A DNA stretch of 64,000 nt from Candidatus Aphodosoma sp. (GCA_051870875.1 JBJECG010000029.1:5525-69524); one strand, 5' to 3'; positions 1 to 9,166 are shown, counted from the stretch's first letter. Notes: generated from the letters alone by a model not told the origin. Numbers and translations: made by a program.

Positions 1-91
1 TGCCGGCCGGCACGGTATCCGTTGCATTGGAAGCAAAACCGAACGGAGCGATGCAAAAAACAGACAGCAGAACAGGTATAATATGTTTCAT
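1..91 (-). CDS. hypothetical secreted protein, N-terminal fragment running off the left edge
   Basis: Reverse-strand ATG at 89-91, 14 nt downstream of the DUF3575 stop. It translates to MKHIIPVLLSVFCIAPFGFASNATDTVPAG, which is signal-peptide-like. It is missing from the ORF track because it is truncated. An alternative ATG lies at 98-100. Confidence 0.35.
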   Translation of the reverse strand, partial: MKHIIPVLLSVFCIAPFGFASNATDTVPAG

Positions 92-104
92 CGTATTCAT
101 CATT

Positions 105-689
105 TTAAAACAGATAAACAAAATTGACGGCTGTTTTTGTCAGGCCGAAGTAATGGTGCGGATAATTTTCACGGATTTTTGTGCCGCATTCGGCACAAGG
201 GAATATATCTGACCGGGTATATGAATATCCTATGCCCAGTTCGAGTTCGAAATTCCAATGCCGGTTCAGAATCCAGGCATATCCGTAAGCCACACCCGCA
301 CCTGCAAACCATCCCTGGTAGCGCGAAGCGGCCAACTTTCGTGCATCGGTGCCAAGAAAATTGTAATGTACGTTTATGCCACCCATATTGTATTGTCCGC
401 CATGTATATGCAAGCCGAGAAAGTGTCCGGAAAAACGGTCGCAAAACCAATAGCGGGCTTCGGGCTGTACCAGCCAGTGCTTCCATCTGCGCTGTACGGG
501 CAGAGTCCAGCCGTTGAAATTACCGGAAATATCAAGAGTCCAACGGGGAGCAAGCCCGACCTCAATTCCAAGATTGGGCGAGAGTGCCGCATCATAAAGC
601 AGGTTGGTCTTGATAGCCGCCTTTTGTGCGAAGACTGTCTGACACAGTCCTGCCAAGACAACTGAAATGAGTAAAATAATCCGTTTCAT
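105..689 (-). CDS. DUF3575 domain-containing outer-membrane protein
   Basis: 194 aa with signal peptide MKRIILLISVVLAGLCQTVFAQ, then KTNLLYDAALSPNLGIEVGL and an aromatic C-terminus NFVYLF. This pattern is typical of Bacteroidota DUF3575 beta-barrel-like proteins (recognised from memory). Confidence 0.75.
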   Translation of the reverse strand: MKRIILLISVVLAGLCQTVFAQKAAIKTNLLYDAALSPNLGIEVGLAPRWTLDISGNFNGWTLPVQRRWKHWLVQPEARYWFCDRFSGHFLGLHIHGGQYNMGGINVHYNFLGTDARKLAASRYQGWFAGAGVAYGYAWILNRHWNFELELGIGYSYTRSDIFPCAECGTKIRENYPHHYFGLTKTAVNFVYLF

Positions 690-1285
690 TATTTGACAAT
701 ATTCTACTTATGTAAATGAATAAACAATGGCAGTCTATCTTTATCGGTGTTGCCATTATTGGTGTTAAAAACTGTAGCGTCAAATGCAAATAATATTTAA
801 TACCCAAACGTGCATAGTGTAATGACACAATTACGCAGGGATTGCATTTCCGGCTTTTTGTCAGTAATAAATCAATTGTAATGTCAGCAAACCAGTTTCG
901 GCAGTTTGCAAAAGAAAAAGAAATGACTAATAAACCGGATAAATGTAAAATGTCTTATAATCAATTATATAATCGTTATTATAATCTATCGTTTACATTG
1001 ACAGCTATGAATATGACGGCATGTTTGGCATGCCTTTTTTCATATCGTTGTGGCTTAATTATCGCACTGGCAAATTTATATAAAAATTACCCCCCCATAG
1101 TTAAAAAACAGTAATTATATCTATATATTATTACTTTCAAAAGCCTTTATAGAATACCTGTATTGGATGTTGGACTGTTCCTGTATGGTGTTTGACCACA
1201 TTGCAGTGTTTTGTCTTTTTTCGAGCCAACCTGAACAAAACATATATCAGGCACCAATTAGGCATTGTGTTACAAGGCGGCATAA

Positions 1286-1335
1286 AAGGCAGTGCGGCAT
1301 ATCAAAACTTGTATTTTGATATGCCGCACTGCCTT
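1286..1335 (-). terminator. intrinsic terminator downstream of the S9 peptidase gene
   Basis: Perfect 20-bp arms, ggcagtgcggcatatcaaaa (1288-1307) and ttttgatatgccgcactgcc (1314-1333), with a 6-nt loop. The reverse strand continues TTTTAT after the stem. It lies about 50 nt past the stop at 1386. Confidence 0.6.
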
Positions 1336-1385
1336 GTCCCGGCTTTCGGACAGTATGTGTTATGAGGCCTTACTGAATGTCCGTA

Positions 1386-3494
1386 TCATTGCTTTTCAGT
1401 ATCTTTCAGCCAACGGTCAAGCCAGTTGAAGAAACGCCGCTGCCATAGGATGCCGTTTTGCGGCTGTAGTACCCAGTGGTTTTCGTCTGGAAAAATGAGA
1501 AGTTCGGCAGGAATACCGCGCAGACGGGCTGCATTGTATGCGCTCATACCTTGTGATGCCAATATACGGTAGTCTTTTTCACCGTGGACAACGAGAATAG
1601 GGGTGTCCCATTTGTCTACGAAGAGATGCGGCGAATTGGCGTAAGTCTCTTTTGTAGAAGGATCCCAATACGGACCTCCGAGATCCCAGTTGACAAAGAA
1701 CATCTCTTCAGTTTCCAGATACTGCTGTTCGAGATTGAACATGCCATCGTGGGCAATGAATGCCTTGAAACGCTGGTTGTGATGACCGGCCATCCAGTAT
1801 ACAGAGTAACCGCCGAATGAGGCACCTACACAACCGAGACGGGTGCTGTCTACATACGGTTCGGCGGCGATGGTGTCGATGGCAGAGAAATAGTCGCGCA
1901 TACACTGGCCTCCGTAGTCTTTTGAGATGGCTTCGAGCCATTCCTGACCGAAACCTACAAGACCCCGGCGGTTGGGTGCAACGATGATGTAGTCGTTTGA
2001 AGCCATGATACGGAAGTTCCAACGGTAGCTCCAGAACTGGCTTACAGGACTTTGGGGACCGCCCTGGCAATAGAGTAGTGTCGGGTATTTCTTGTTTGGA
2101 TCGAAGTCTACAGGATATATGACCCAGGTCAGCATCTGTTTGCCGTCGGTAGTGGCAATCCAGCGCGGCTCTACACGGTTTGGTTTGAGCTGGTCGAGGA
2201 TATGCTGGTTCTCATGTGTGATTTGGGTCTGTATGCCCGTAGACGGATCGATATTGTAAATGTCGTTCGGTTCCATCATCGAATGGCGTACACCGATTAT
2301 GCGGTCGCCACAGAGGGCTATTTGTTCGTAATCGTGCTGACCTTCGGTGAGGCAGGTGAATGTTTTGTTTGCAATGTCGGCTTTGTAGATTTGGGTGCAA
2401 CCGTGGTGGCAGCTTACTATGTAAATGTTTGCGCTTTCGGCATCCCATTGTAGGGAACCCGAATTCTGGTCGAAACCGACGGAAATGTCTGTACGCTCCA
2501 TAGTGGTGAGGTCGGCTATGAAGAGGCGGTTTTTGTCGCTTTCGTAACCGTCGTGTTCCATGCTTTCCCAAGCTATGTATTTGCCGTCTGAAGAGAATGT
2601 CGGGTTGATGTCGTAACCCATATTTCCTTCACTGACGTTTGCCACGGTTTTGCTTTGTGCTATGTCGTATAGATAGATGTCGGAATTGGTGGAGAGGGCA
2701 TAAGCCTGTCCGGAAAGTTTTTTACAGGTGTATGCAATGGTTTTGCCGTCAGGCGAGAAAGCTATCTGCTCTGCGCCACCGAAAGGTTTCATGGGACATT
2801 CAAACGGTTCGCCTGCTATGATGTCGCGTTCGTTGGAGAGGGTCTCGCCGTCATAGTCGCATAGGAACGGGTGTGGGATTTCGGTTACCCATTCGTCCCA
2901 GTGTTTGTACATGAGATCTTCCACTATGATCCCCGATGTTTTGTCAAGGTCGGCATAACGGTCTTGGGTGGTTTCGCCCCATTTTACGCCGCACACCAAT
3001 ATGACCTGTCTGCTGTCAGGAGAGTAGAGGTAATCCATTATGCCGCCTTGGCGGTCGGAAATCTGTGTGCGGCCTGTACCGTCGGGATTCATTTCCCAAA
3101 GCTGCATCGAGCCGGATTCGGTGCTCATGAATGCAATTCTGGCCCCGTTTTTCACCCAACGGGCATTGAATTCTCCCCGTTTGGTCTTGGTGATTTGCTG
3201 CTGGCCTGTACCGTCGGGGTTGACGGTAAACAGTTCGCGGTTGCTGCGGTTTTGTCTGACATCATAGTAGCTGACACCATACAGCACATGATTGCCGTCA
3301 GGCGAGACCTGAATGTCGGAAAGGCGTCCGAAAGCCCACAATATTTCTGGAGTCATGCGTCCGTCGCTGACAGAAACATCGTGTCTGCCGATATAATCCG
3401 GATCAGTACTCTGGTCTGTCATTTCACTTTTCTGGGATGAACACGCAGTCAAAGATGCAGCCAACATAAGAGTTGCCATTGTTTTGAATTTCAT
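1386..3494 (-). CDS. S9 family serine peptidase (prolyl oligopeptidase / dipeptidyl-peptidase type), lipoprotein
   Basis: Catalytic triad context GASFGGYS (GxSxGG), VVHGEKDYRI and PDENHW in the C-terminal alpha/beta domain, with a beta-propeller-like N-terminal part. The start is moved to the internal ATG (3492-3494), giving MKFKTMATLMLAASLTACSS with a lipobox. The ORF-track start at 3590 would overlap the PPTase gene. Confidence 0.85.
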   Translation of the reverse strand: MKFKTMATLMLAASLTACSSQKSEMTDQSTDPDYIGRHDVSVSDGRMTPEILWAFGRLSDIQVSPDGNHVLYGVSYYDVRQNRSNRELFTVNPDGTGQQQITKTKRGEFNARWVKNGARIAFMSTESGSMQLWEMNPDGTGRTQISDRQGGIMDYLYSPDSRQVILVCGVKWGETTQDRYADLDKTSGIIVEDLMYKHWDEWVTEIPHPFLCDYDGETLSNERDIIAGEPFECPMKPFGGAEQIAFSPDGKTIAYTCKKLSGQAYALSTNSDIYLYDIAQSKTVANVSEGNMGYDINPTFSSDGKYIAWESMEHDGYESDKNRLFIADLTTMERTDISVGFDQNSGSLQWDAESANIYIVSCHHGCTQIYKADIANKTFTCLTEGQHDYEQIALCGDRIIGVRHSMMEPNDIYNIDPSTGIQTQITHENQHILDQLKPNRVEPRWIATTDGKQMLTWVIYPVDFDPNKKYPTLLYCQGGPQSPVSQFWSYRWNFRIMASNDYIIVAPNRRGLVGFGQEWLEAISKDYGGQCMRDYFSAIDTIAAEPYVDSTRLGCVGASFGGYSVYWMAGHHNQRFKAFIAHDGMFNLEQQYLETEEMFFVNWDLGGPYWDPSTKETYANSPHLFVDKWDTPILVVHGEKDYRILASQGMSAYNAARLRGIPAELLIFPDENHWVLQPQNGILWQRRFFNWLDRWLKDTEKQ

Positions 3495-3571
3495 GTCGTT
3501 TGAATTATTATTATTGTTTTGTTTTTTCTTGTAGTTCGGAATTATCGGATGGATTGGGGGCAGTACGTAGA

Positions 3572-4204
3572 TTATTGTTTTGTTGTCCACACTATCACGT
3601 ACTCCGGATATACCTTGTAATGCAGGGTGTACGCGGCCTTCGCTTCAGAGGCATATTCCTGGGCTGCTATGGTGCCGTACATATATGGCTGGAAAGGTTC
3701 GATACGCAGCTGGTTGATGAAATCTACCGTCTCTATTCCTATGATTTTGTAAAGGGCTTCCTTGGCAGCCCAAAGTATGGTGAGGTGGATTTTTTCACTG
3801 CGCGGGTCAATGTTCTGCAGCTCTTCCTGATGCAGGAACTTGTGCCTGACACGAATGACTTTGTCGCCAATCCGCTCGATGTCGATGCTTACCGGAGTTG
3901 TAGGGTGCGTGATGACGGTGGCGTAATGACCTGTATGGGAAATGCCTATCTGCATCGAATGGTCATCGAGATAGGGCATCCCTCCGGGGAGGTATTTGAT
4001 TCTCACGGCGCGTCCTGACAGATGGCGTAGGGCACATCTTACGGCAAGGTATTCCAATTTGCGCTTTTCACTTGAAAAGCGGGATATTTCCTCAATGGTA
4101 TAGGGGTCAAGGTCAAGGATTTCCAACAGTCGGTCGATGCTTTCGGCAATGTCCCAGGTGGCAATTGCGATTCCGTTGTCGAGTTTGGTCTGTTCAATAA
4201 TCAT
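3572..4204 (-). CDS. 4'-phosphopantetheinyl transferase superfamily protein (Sfp-type)
   Basis: 210 aa. Motifs GISHTGHYATV, SIDIERI and LWAAKEALYK match the conserved PPTase motifs. Confidence 0.75.
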   Translation of the reverse strand: MIIEQTKLDNGIAIATWDIAESIDRLLEILDLDPYTIEEISRFSSEKRKLEYLAVRCALRHLSGRAVRIKYLPGGMPYLDDHSMQIGISHTGHYATVITHPTTPVSIDIERIGDKVIRVRHKFLHQEELQNIDPRSEKIHLTILWAAKEALYKIIGIETVDFINQLRIEPFQPYMYGTIAAQEYASEAKAAYTLHYKVYPEYVIVWTTKQ

Positions 4205-4228
4205 GGCTGTTTTCTGGTATAATAGTGG

Positions 4229-4849
4229 TTATTTTGGCGAATTTTTCCATTTCATTGTCTCTACCATGTGGATCATGTCGGTCTGGATATATTGTGCAAC
4301 CGGAGCTATTGAGTCGGCATTTGGCGTGTTGTAGAAATAGAGCGAACCGCGCAGGAAATTGTGTACGGAGTCTGTCAGGAAAAATTGGGCCTGGCTTGCC
4401 GCATTGCCTTGCATTTCGTAGAATATGCCGTATACTTTCAGCGTGTCGTTGGCATAATAGTTTTCTGTAATGGCATCGGCTCGTATAGTATGCTTGTATG
4501 CCAACGAACGGCTCTCTTCGCTTACCGTGCGGAATTCTTCGGGATGTATGCTTTTGTAACTCAGGTGTACAATGGCATTGAGGGTCGGATACGAGACATT
4601 CATCCACTGGTCATGCTCTGTCATCCATACTTCCCTGGTGGCATTTGCCCGGCACATTTCGTTGACTTCGGTGATGTACGGGCCCAAAGTATCTGCCGGC
4701 ACATACCGGTGCTCCGGCAGGTCTATGCGGAAGTAGGCATAGGGCTTAGGCTGGTATTTTTCATGACATCCGATCAGAAACAATGATGCAGACACCATTG
4801 CCGACAACAGTATGTGTTGAATATTATGCCTGGTTTTCACTTTGGTCAT
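4229..4849 (-). CDS. gldD: gliding-motility lipoprotein GldD homolog
   Basis: Lipobox LFLIGC, then PKPYAYFRIDLP. The C-terminal GNAASQAQFFLTDSVHNFLRGSLYFYNTPNADSI...METMKWK closely matches my memory of Flavobacterium GldD. It lies directly downstream of gldE, as in Flavobacterium. Confidence 0.8.
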   Translation of the reverse strand: MTKVKTRHNIQHILLSAMVSASLFLIGCHEKYQPKPYAYFRIDLPEHRYVPADTLGPYITEVNEMCRANATREVWMTEHDQWMNVSYPTLNAIVHLSYKSIHPEEFRTVSEESRSLAYKHTIRADAITENYYANDTLKVYGIFYEMQGNAASQAQFFLTDSVHNFLRGSLYFYNTPNADSIAPVAQYIQTDMIHMVETMKWKNSPK

Positions 4850-6155
4850 TGCCGTTTCCGATTGTCAGTTTGATTTTGATTATACGTCTGGCATCCAGTT
4901 CGACTATATCAAAAGTCAGGTTGTGATATTTGATTTTTTCATTCATGACCGGAAATTCTCCCTTGATTTCCAGAATCAGGCCTGCCAGCGTGTCCACATC
5001 TTCAGATACATCGTCATACTCGTTCTGATCAAGTCCGGTGATTTTGAAGAAATCGGTAATTGGGATCTTGGCTTCGAAGATATATGTGCCGTCAGACAGT
5101 CTGCTGTACAATTTGTCGTCCTGGTCATATTCGTCGCTTATCTCACCTACCACTTCTTCGAGAATGTCCTCCATGGTGACAATGCCTGATGTACCACCGA
5201 ACTCGTCTACGACGATGGCAATATGAATTTTGTTTTTCTGGAATTCCTGAAGCAAGTCATCGATTTTTTTAGTCTCGGGGACAAAGTAAGGCTGGCGTAT
5301 GAGGGTCTGCCATTTGAAGTTCGCGCTTTTGTTTATGTGCGGTATCAGATCCTTGGCATACAGGACACCTCGGATATTGTCGTATGTGCCCTGCAGTACC
5401 GGGATTCGGGAATACTCGCATTCGATGATACATTTGATCACATTGTCGAATGTATCGCTTATATCAAGTGTGACCATGTCCATACGTGATGTCATGATGC
5501 CGGCTGCCGTTATGTTGCCGAATGCAACGATGCCTTTGAGTATATCGGTATCTTCGTTGATGGTGTCGGAAGTCAGTTCGAGAGCCTGCTGCAAATCGTC
5601 CATCGAGATATTGGAGTGTTTGTGATTCTTCAGTTGCTTGTTGACTATGGATGTTGAACTTACAAGCAGTGTGCAGGCGGGGTGCAGTATCTTCTGCAGC
5701 ACGGTGAGTGTGCCTGACGCGAAACGCGAAACCTTCAGAGGTGACTGGCGTGCATATATTTTTGGCAGAATTTCCCCGAAGAACAGCAGCAGGAATGTGA
5801 TGAGAACCGTTTCTATTAGAAATCCGATGACGGGGGCTTCGGAAAAGTCCAATACCAGACTTATGAAATATGATGACAAAATGATGATTGACACATTTAC
5901 CAGATTGTTTGATATCAATATGGTAGCCAGCAGATATTCCGGATGTTGCAGCAGGCTGCTTACTTTGCAGTCTTTTGCATCATGGCTGTTTTCCATTTCG
6001 GTAAAATCGTGCGGGGACAGGGCAAAAAAGGCTACTTCAGATGCTGAAACAAAACCTGACATGTAAAGCAACATGCAGATGACGGCAAGACAAACCAATG
6101 CTGTCGCCGAAAACGGATGTACTGTGATTGCTAGTAATAAAGGGTTAGGATCCAA
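4824..6155 (-). CDS. gldE: GldE / CNNM-type membrane protein (DUF21 + tandem CBS + CorC_HlyC)
   Basis: 443 aa. N-terminal TM region with the DUF21 pattern, CBS-pair region (IMTSRMDMVTL...VLYAKDL...AIVVDEFGGTSGIVTMEDILEEVVGEI) and a CorC/HlyC C-terminal domain. It overlaps the gldD start by 26 nt. Confidence 0.8.
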   Translation of the reverse strand: MDPNPLLLAITVHPFSATALVCLAVICMLLYMSGFVSASEVAFFALSPHDFTEMENSHDAKDCKVSSLLQHPEYLLATILISNNLVNVSIIILSSYFISLVLDFSEAPVIGFLIETVLITFLLLFFGEILPKIYARQSPLKVSRFASGTLTVLQKILHPACTLLVSSTSIVNKQLKNHKHSNISMDDLQQALELTSDTINEDTDILKGIVAFGNITAAGIMTSRMDMVTLDISDTFDNVIKCIIECEYSRIPVLQGTYDNIRGVLYAKDLIPHINKSANFKWQTLIRQPYFVPETKKIDDLLQEFQKNKIHIAIVVDEFGGTSGIVTMEDILEEVVGEISDEYDQDDKLYSRLSDGTYIFEAKIPITDFFKITGLDQNEYDDVSEDVDTLAGLILEIKGEFPVMNEKIKYHNLTFDIVELDARRIIKIKLTIGNGNDQSENQA

Positions 6156-6217
6156 GTTGTTGCGGTTTAGTGAAACAATAGTGCCCGTTGTACGTATGGT
6201 ACAGCAGACAGTATCGG

Positions 6218-6225
6218 CAAAATTA
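6218..6225 (-). promoter_or_regulatory. candidate Bacteroidota -7 promoter box (TAATTTTG on the reverse strand) for gldE
   Basis: The plus strand reads CAAAATTA, matching TAnnTTTG on the minus strand, 63 nt upstream of the gldE ATG. Confidence 0.4.
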
Positions 6226-6285
6226 GTTACTTTTTGTCAAATGGCAAAATTTATCAAGAGCTGATTTCTACGTGTTTTTTCCGTT

Positions 6286-7320
6286 TTATTCCAAATAAAC
6301 GTCGAATGTCACGAAAAGAGGGAAATGGTCGCTGACACCTCCCGTGTAGTGTGTCCCTTTATAAGTGCGGTCGGGTATGCCTGCGCGGTTGTTCTTGCTG
6401 TAGTGCGTGATCCATTGGGGAGAGTAGATTTGTGCCTGTTTTTGAAATCTCAAAGGTAGGGTACCGTCAATCAGTGACCCGCTCACGATGATCTGGTCAA
6501 GCATATCCCATCTTCCGGCATGGAAATACGTACCGGCTGTGCGGTCTTCGTAATGCCGGCCGTCGAAGCAAAGGTTATAAAGTCCGGAAGAATCAATGAT
6601 ACGGGAATTATATGGATGGGCTTTGATAACTTTCGCCGGTACATAGTCAGAAGGATTGTCGTTAAAATCCCCCATGATAATGATACCGGCATTGTTGTCG
6701 ACAGCATGAAGGCTGTCGACAACTTCTTTGACAGCCAATGCTGCAGCTTCCCTGTTGGGTTCCGAAGCCTCCGCTCCTGTACGGCGCGACGGAAAATGGA
6801 CTTGTATGAGATGCAGTATTGTACCGTCAGGCGTGGTTCCGGAAGCGTAAAGCAAATCACGCCCTCGTTTACCGTTTGGCAGGACTACAGGTATAGGTCT
6901 GGAAATAAGGGGCGTGAAGAAATCCGGCTGGTAGAGTATGGCCACATCTATACCGCGTTTGTCAGGACTTTCATAATGTATGTATTTGTATCCGAGCTGA
7001 CGGTACGGATCATACCGGGTCATGGCATGCAGTACATAGTCGTTTTCTACTTCACATAATCCGACAATGACTGGCAGTCTGCCGTTGCCTGTACCGGTGA
7101 TGACCTGCATGACCTGATGCAGTTTCCTGTTGAACCTGTGTTTTGTCCAATGAAGTTCCGAATCGGGCAGAAAATCGGTGTCGTCCTTTAATGTATCGTG
7201 AGAGGTGTCAAACAGATTCTCCACGTTGTAAGTCATGATGGTATATGACTGAGCCATAATGTCAGATGCAGGAATTAGAAACAGAAAAATGAAAGGTGAC
7301 AGTAACAATAGTCTTTTCAT
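6286..7320 (-). CDS. secreted endonuclease/exonuclease/phosphatase (EEP) family protein
   Basis: Signal peptide, then TIMTYNVENLFD. Also LCEVEN, IIIMGDFND and the C-terminal SDHFPLFVTF, which are the hallmark EEP motifs. Confidence 0.8.
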   Translation of the reverse strand: MKRLLLLSPFIFLFLIPASDIMAQSYTIMTYNVENLFDTSHDTLKDDTDFLPDSELHWTKHRFNRKLHQVMQVITGTGNGRLPVIVGLCEVENDYVLHAMTRYDPYRQLGYKYIHYESPDKRGIDVAILYQPDFFTPLISRPIPVVLPNGKRGRDLLYASGTTPDGTILHLIQVHFPSRRTGAEASEPNREAAALAVKEVVDSLHAVDNNAGIIIMGDFNDNPSDYVPAKVIKAHPYNSRIIDSSGLYNLCFDGRHYEDRTAGTYFHAGRWDMLDQIIVSGSLIDGTLPLRFQKQAQIYSPQWITHYSKNNRAGIPDRTYKGTHYTGGVSDHFPLFVTFDVYLE

Positions 7321-7324
7321 GTCA

Positions 7325-7332
7325 CAAAGGTA
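7325..7332 (-). promoter_or_regulatory. -7-like box abutting the EEP gene start
   Basis: Plus-strand CAAAGGTA (TACCTTTG on the minus strand) lies only 5 nt upstream of the ATG at 7320. This implies a leaderless or near-leaderless mRNA, or a chance match. Confidence 0.25.
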
Positions 7333-7399
7333 ATGTTTTTGTCCTGACTTTACAACCTATTTTATATGGTGTAGCACATGTCGATAACGATATTTTTCG

Positions 7400-7407
7400 T
7401 ACCTTTG
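7400..7407 (+). promoter_or_regulatory. candidate -7 promoter box TACCTTTG for the nucleotidyltransferase gene
   Basis: Exact TAnnTTTG match 74 nt upstream of the ATG at 7481. Confidence 0.45.
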
Positions 7408-7480
7408 CCGGCAGGAGCCTGACAATATTCTCAGACCTGTTTCAGAAAATACATATAAAATATTAATATTTAGGTATAAA

Positions 7481-8383
7481 ATGAGACCAACTTTATTTGT
7501 CTTGGCTGCCGGTATGGGCAGCCGTTACGGAGGATTGAAACAACTGGACGGTGTCGGCCCACACGGCGAAACCATTATGGATTATTCCGTATATGATGCC
7601 GTTCGCGCAGGTTTCGGCAAGATTGTTTTTGTTATCCGCCATGATTTTGAGCAGGACTTCAGGGAAAAAGTATCGGGTAAATACGAACGTATCCTACCTG
7701 TAGAGATTTGTTTTCAAAGTCTTGATGCGTTACCTGACGGATTTTCCTGTCCTAAAGACCGTGTAAAACCGTGGGGGACAAACCATGCCGTACTGATGGG
7801 CAAGAATGTGATCCATGAACCGTTTGCCGTAATAAATGCCGATGACTTTTACGGCCGTGACGGATTTGCCGTATTGGCCGAAGCATTGGCAGAACTGGAC
7901 GGAAAGGAAAACAATTATTGTATGGTAGGGTATCGTGTAGGCAACACTTTAAGTGAAAGCGGCACGGTAAGCCGCGGTGTCTGTTCTGTCAATACTGAAG
8001 GGTGCCTGACAGCTGTAGTTGAACGTACTGCCATTGAACGCAAAAACGGCAGAGTGGTATTTGTTGACGAAAACGGAGAGGAACAGATGCTGGATGACAA
8101 TACGCCGGTATCTATGAATATGTGGGGTTTCACGCCTGATTATTTTGATTATTCCGAAGAGTATTTCTCAAACTTCCTGCGTGAGAATGTAGACAACCCC
8201 AAATCTGAATTCTATATTCCAACTATGGTGAATCATCTGATTACCAACGGTGCGGTACGTGTACGTCTGCTTGATACCACATCACAATGGTTCGGCGTGA
8301 CGTATGCTGCAGACCGACCTTCGGTTGTTGCCAGGATAGAAGGACTTGTTGCAAAAGGCGAGTACCCGTCTCCGCTATTCTGA
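7481..8383 (+). CDS. sugar-phosphate nucleotidyltransferase family protein
   Basis: The N-terminal LAAGMGSRYGGLKQL matches the G-rich NTP-binding loop of NTP_transferase enzymes. 300 aa. Substrate unknown. Confidence 0.65.
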   Translation: MRPTLFVLAAGMGSRYGGLKQLDGVGPHGETIMDYSVYDAVRAGFGKIVFVIRHDFEQDFREKVSGKYERILPVEICFQSLDALPDGFSCPKDRVKPWGTNHAVLMGKNVIHEPFAVINADDFYGRDGFAVLAEALAELDGKENNYCMVGYRVGNTLSESGTVSRGVCSVNTEGCLTAVVERTAIERKNGRVVFVDENGEEQMLDDNTPVSMNMWGFTPDYFDYSEEYFSNFLRENVDNPKSEFYIPTMVNHLITNGAVRVRLLDTTSQWFGVTYAADRPSVVARIEGLVAKGEYPSPLF

Positions 8384-8424
8384 TTTGGTATCATTCATGG
8401 ACTCTGAAAAGCGGCGGTTTACGC

Positions 8425-8462
8425 AAAAAAGCCTCGGAAACTAAAGTTTCCGAGGCTTTTTT
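8425..8462. terminator. bidirectional intrinsic terminator
   Basis: A6, then gcctcggaaac / taaa / gtttccgaggc (11-bp perfect stem, 8431-8456), then T6. It sits between the converging nucleotidyltransferase gene and tRNA-Gln. Confidence 0.75.
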
Positions 8463-8466
8463 GATG

Positions 8467-8537
8467 TTGCCTCACCAGGATTCGAACCCGGACAAACAGA
8501 ACCAGAATCTGTGGTGCTACCATTACACAATGAGGCA
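8467..8537 (-). tRNA. tRNA-Gln (anticodon CTG)
   Basis: The reverse complement folds by hand into a cloverleaf: acceptor TGCCTCA/TGAGGCA, D arm GTGT-AATGGTA-GCAC, anticodon stem ACAGA/TCTGT with loop TTCTGGT, T arm CCGGG-TTCGAAT-CCTGG. 71 nt, U1-A72 pair, no encoded CCA. Confidence 0.9.
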
Positions 8538-8571
8538 GAGCGGTAAGCAAAACCATTTCTGTTTTGCGATG

Positions 8572-8579
8572 CAAAGGTA
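8572..8579 (-). promoter_or_regulatory. candidate -7 promoter box for tRNA-Gln
   Basis: Plus-strand CAAAGGTA (TACCTTTG on the minus strand) about 35 nt upstream of the tRNA 5' end. Confidence 0.45.
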
Positions 8580-8749
8580 CAAATTATTTTGACATGTTGT
8601 ACACATAAGGACAAAAAAGATAGAATATTTTTATATTGAATGGTCGATAACGGAATTGACTCTTGAACAAGAGCCGCATACATAGTCTGCATGTGATTTG
8701 CTCAAATCCGGTTTTGCAACCAGCCGGTATGCCTCCTGTTGGCATGTTG

Positions 8750-9166
8750 TTACCAAGTCTGGTATCTTCGCTGTTCGACTGTCATTATTACAATAAGTTG
8801 GCCGGTGTGTTTGTTATAATTGTATTCTTCAATGTACAACCGGTGCTTTTCAAATATATGTACTTGATAGGGCGCAAAATCCAGAGCGATGATTTTATCA
8901 GGCAGCTTGTTGCCACGTGGCTGGATATATGTCTGCGCCACATAAGAGCCGTCATTTGTCGTGGTGTCGGCCATGAAGCTGACAAGCATAATTTCCAATG
9001 GCATGTCGGCTTGCTTGTTGTCATCGGTATACGCAGTATACTCAAAATAGTTGCGGTGCAGGTTGACGTGATACCTCACTGTTGTATGACAAGCCCATAC
9101 GGCAAATACGATACCTGACAATACGACCAATGCTACGCTTAAGATAATGCAAAGTTTCTTCTTCAT
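8750..9166 (-). CDS. hypothetical N-terminally membrane-anchored protein
   Basis: 138 aa. MKKKLCIILSVALVVLSGIVFAVWA is a single TM or signal anchor. I recognise no family. It lies downstream of the mmd operon terminator. Confidence 0.5.
   Translation of the reverse strand: MKKKLCIILSVALVVLSGIVFAVWACHTTVRYHVNLHRNYFEYTAYTDDNKQADMPLEIMLVSFMADTTTNDGSYVAQTYIQPRGNKLPDKIIALDFAPYQVHIFEKHRLYIEEYNYNKHTGQLIVIMTVEQRRYQTW

Noticed and set aside
842-1114. 90-aa plus-strand ORF in the DUF3575 upstream region
   Set aside because: It has no promoter box, a terminator-like hairpin plus T6 lies inside it (1018-1040), and its low-complexity N/Y-rich sequence has no recognisable family. It is most likely non-coding.
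3495-3590. N-terminal extension of the S9 peptidase ORF (MDNKTIIYVLPP...NNNNNSND), overlapping the PPTase gene
   Set aside because: The internal ATG yields a canonical lipoprotein signal peptide. The extension is low-complexity and overlaps the upstream gene's 3' end.
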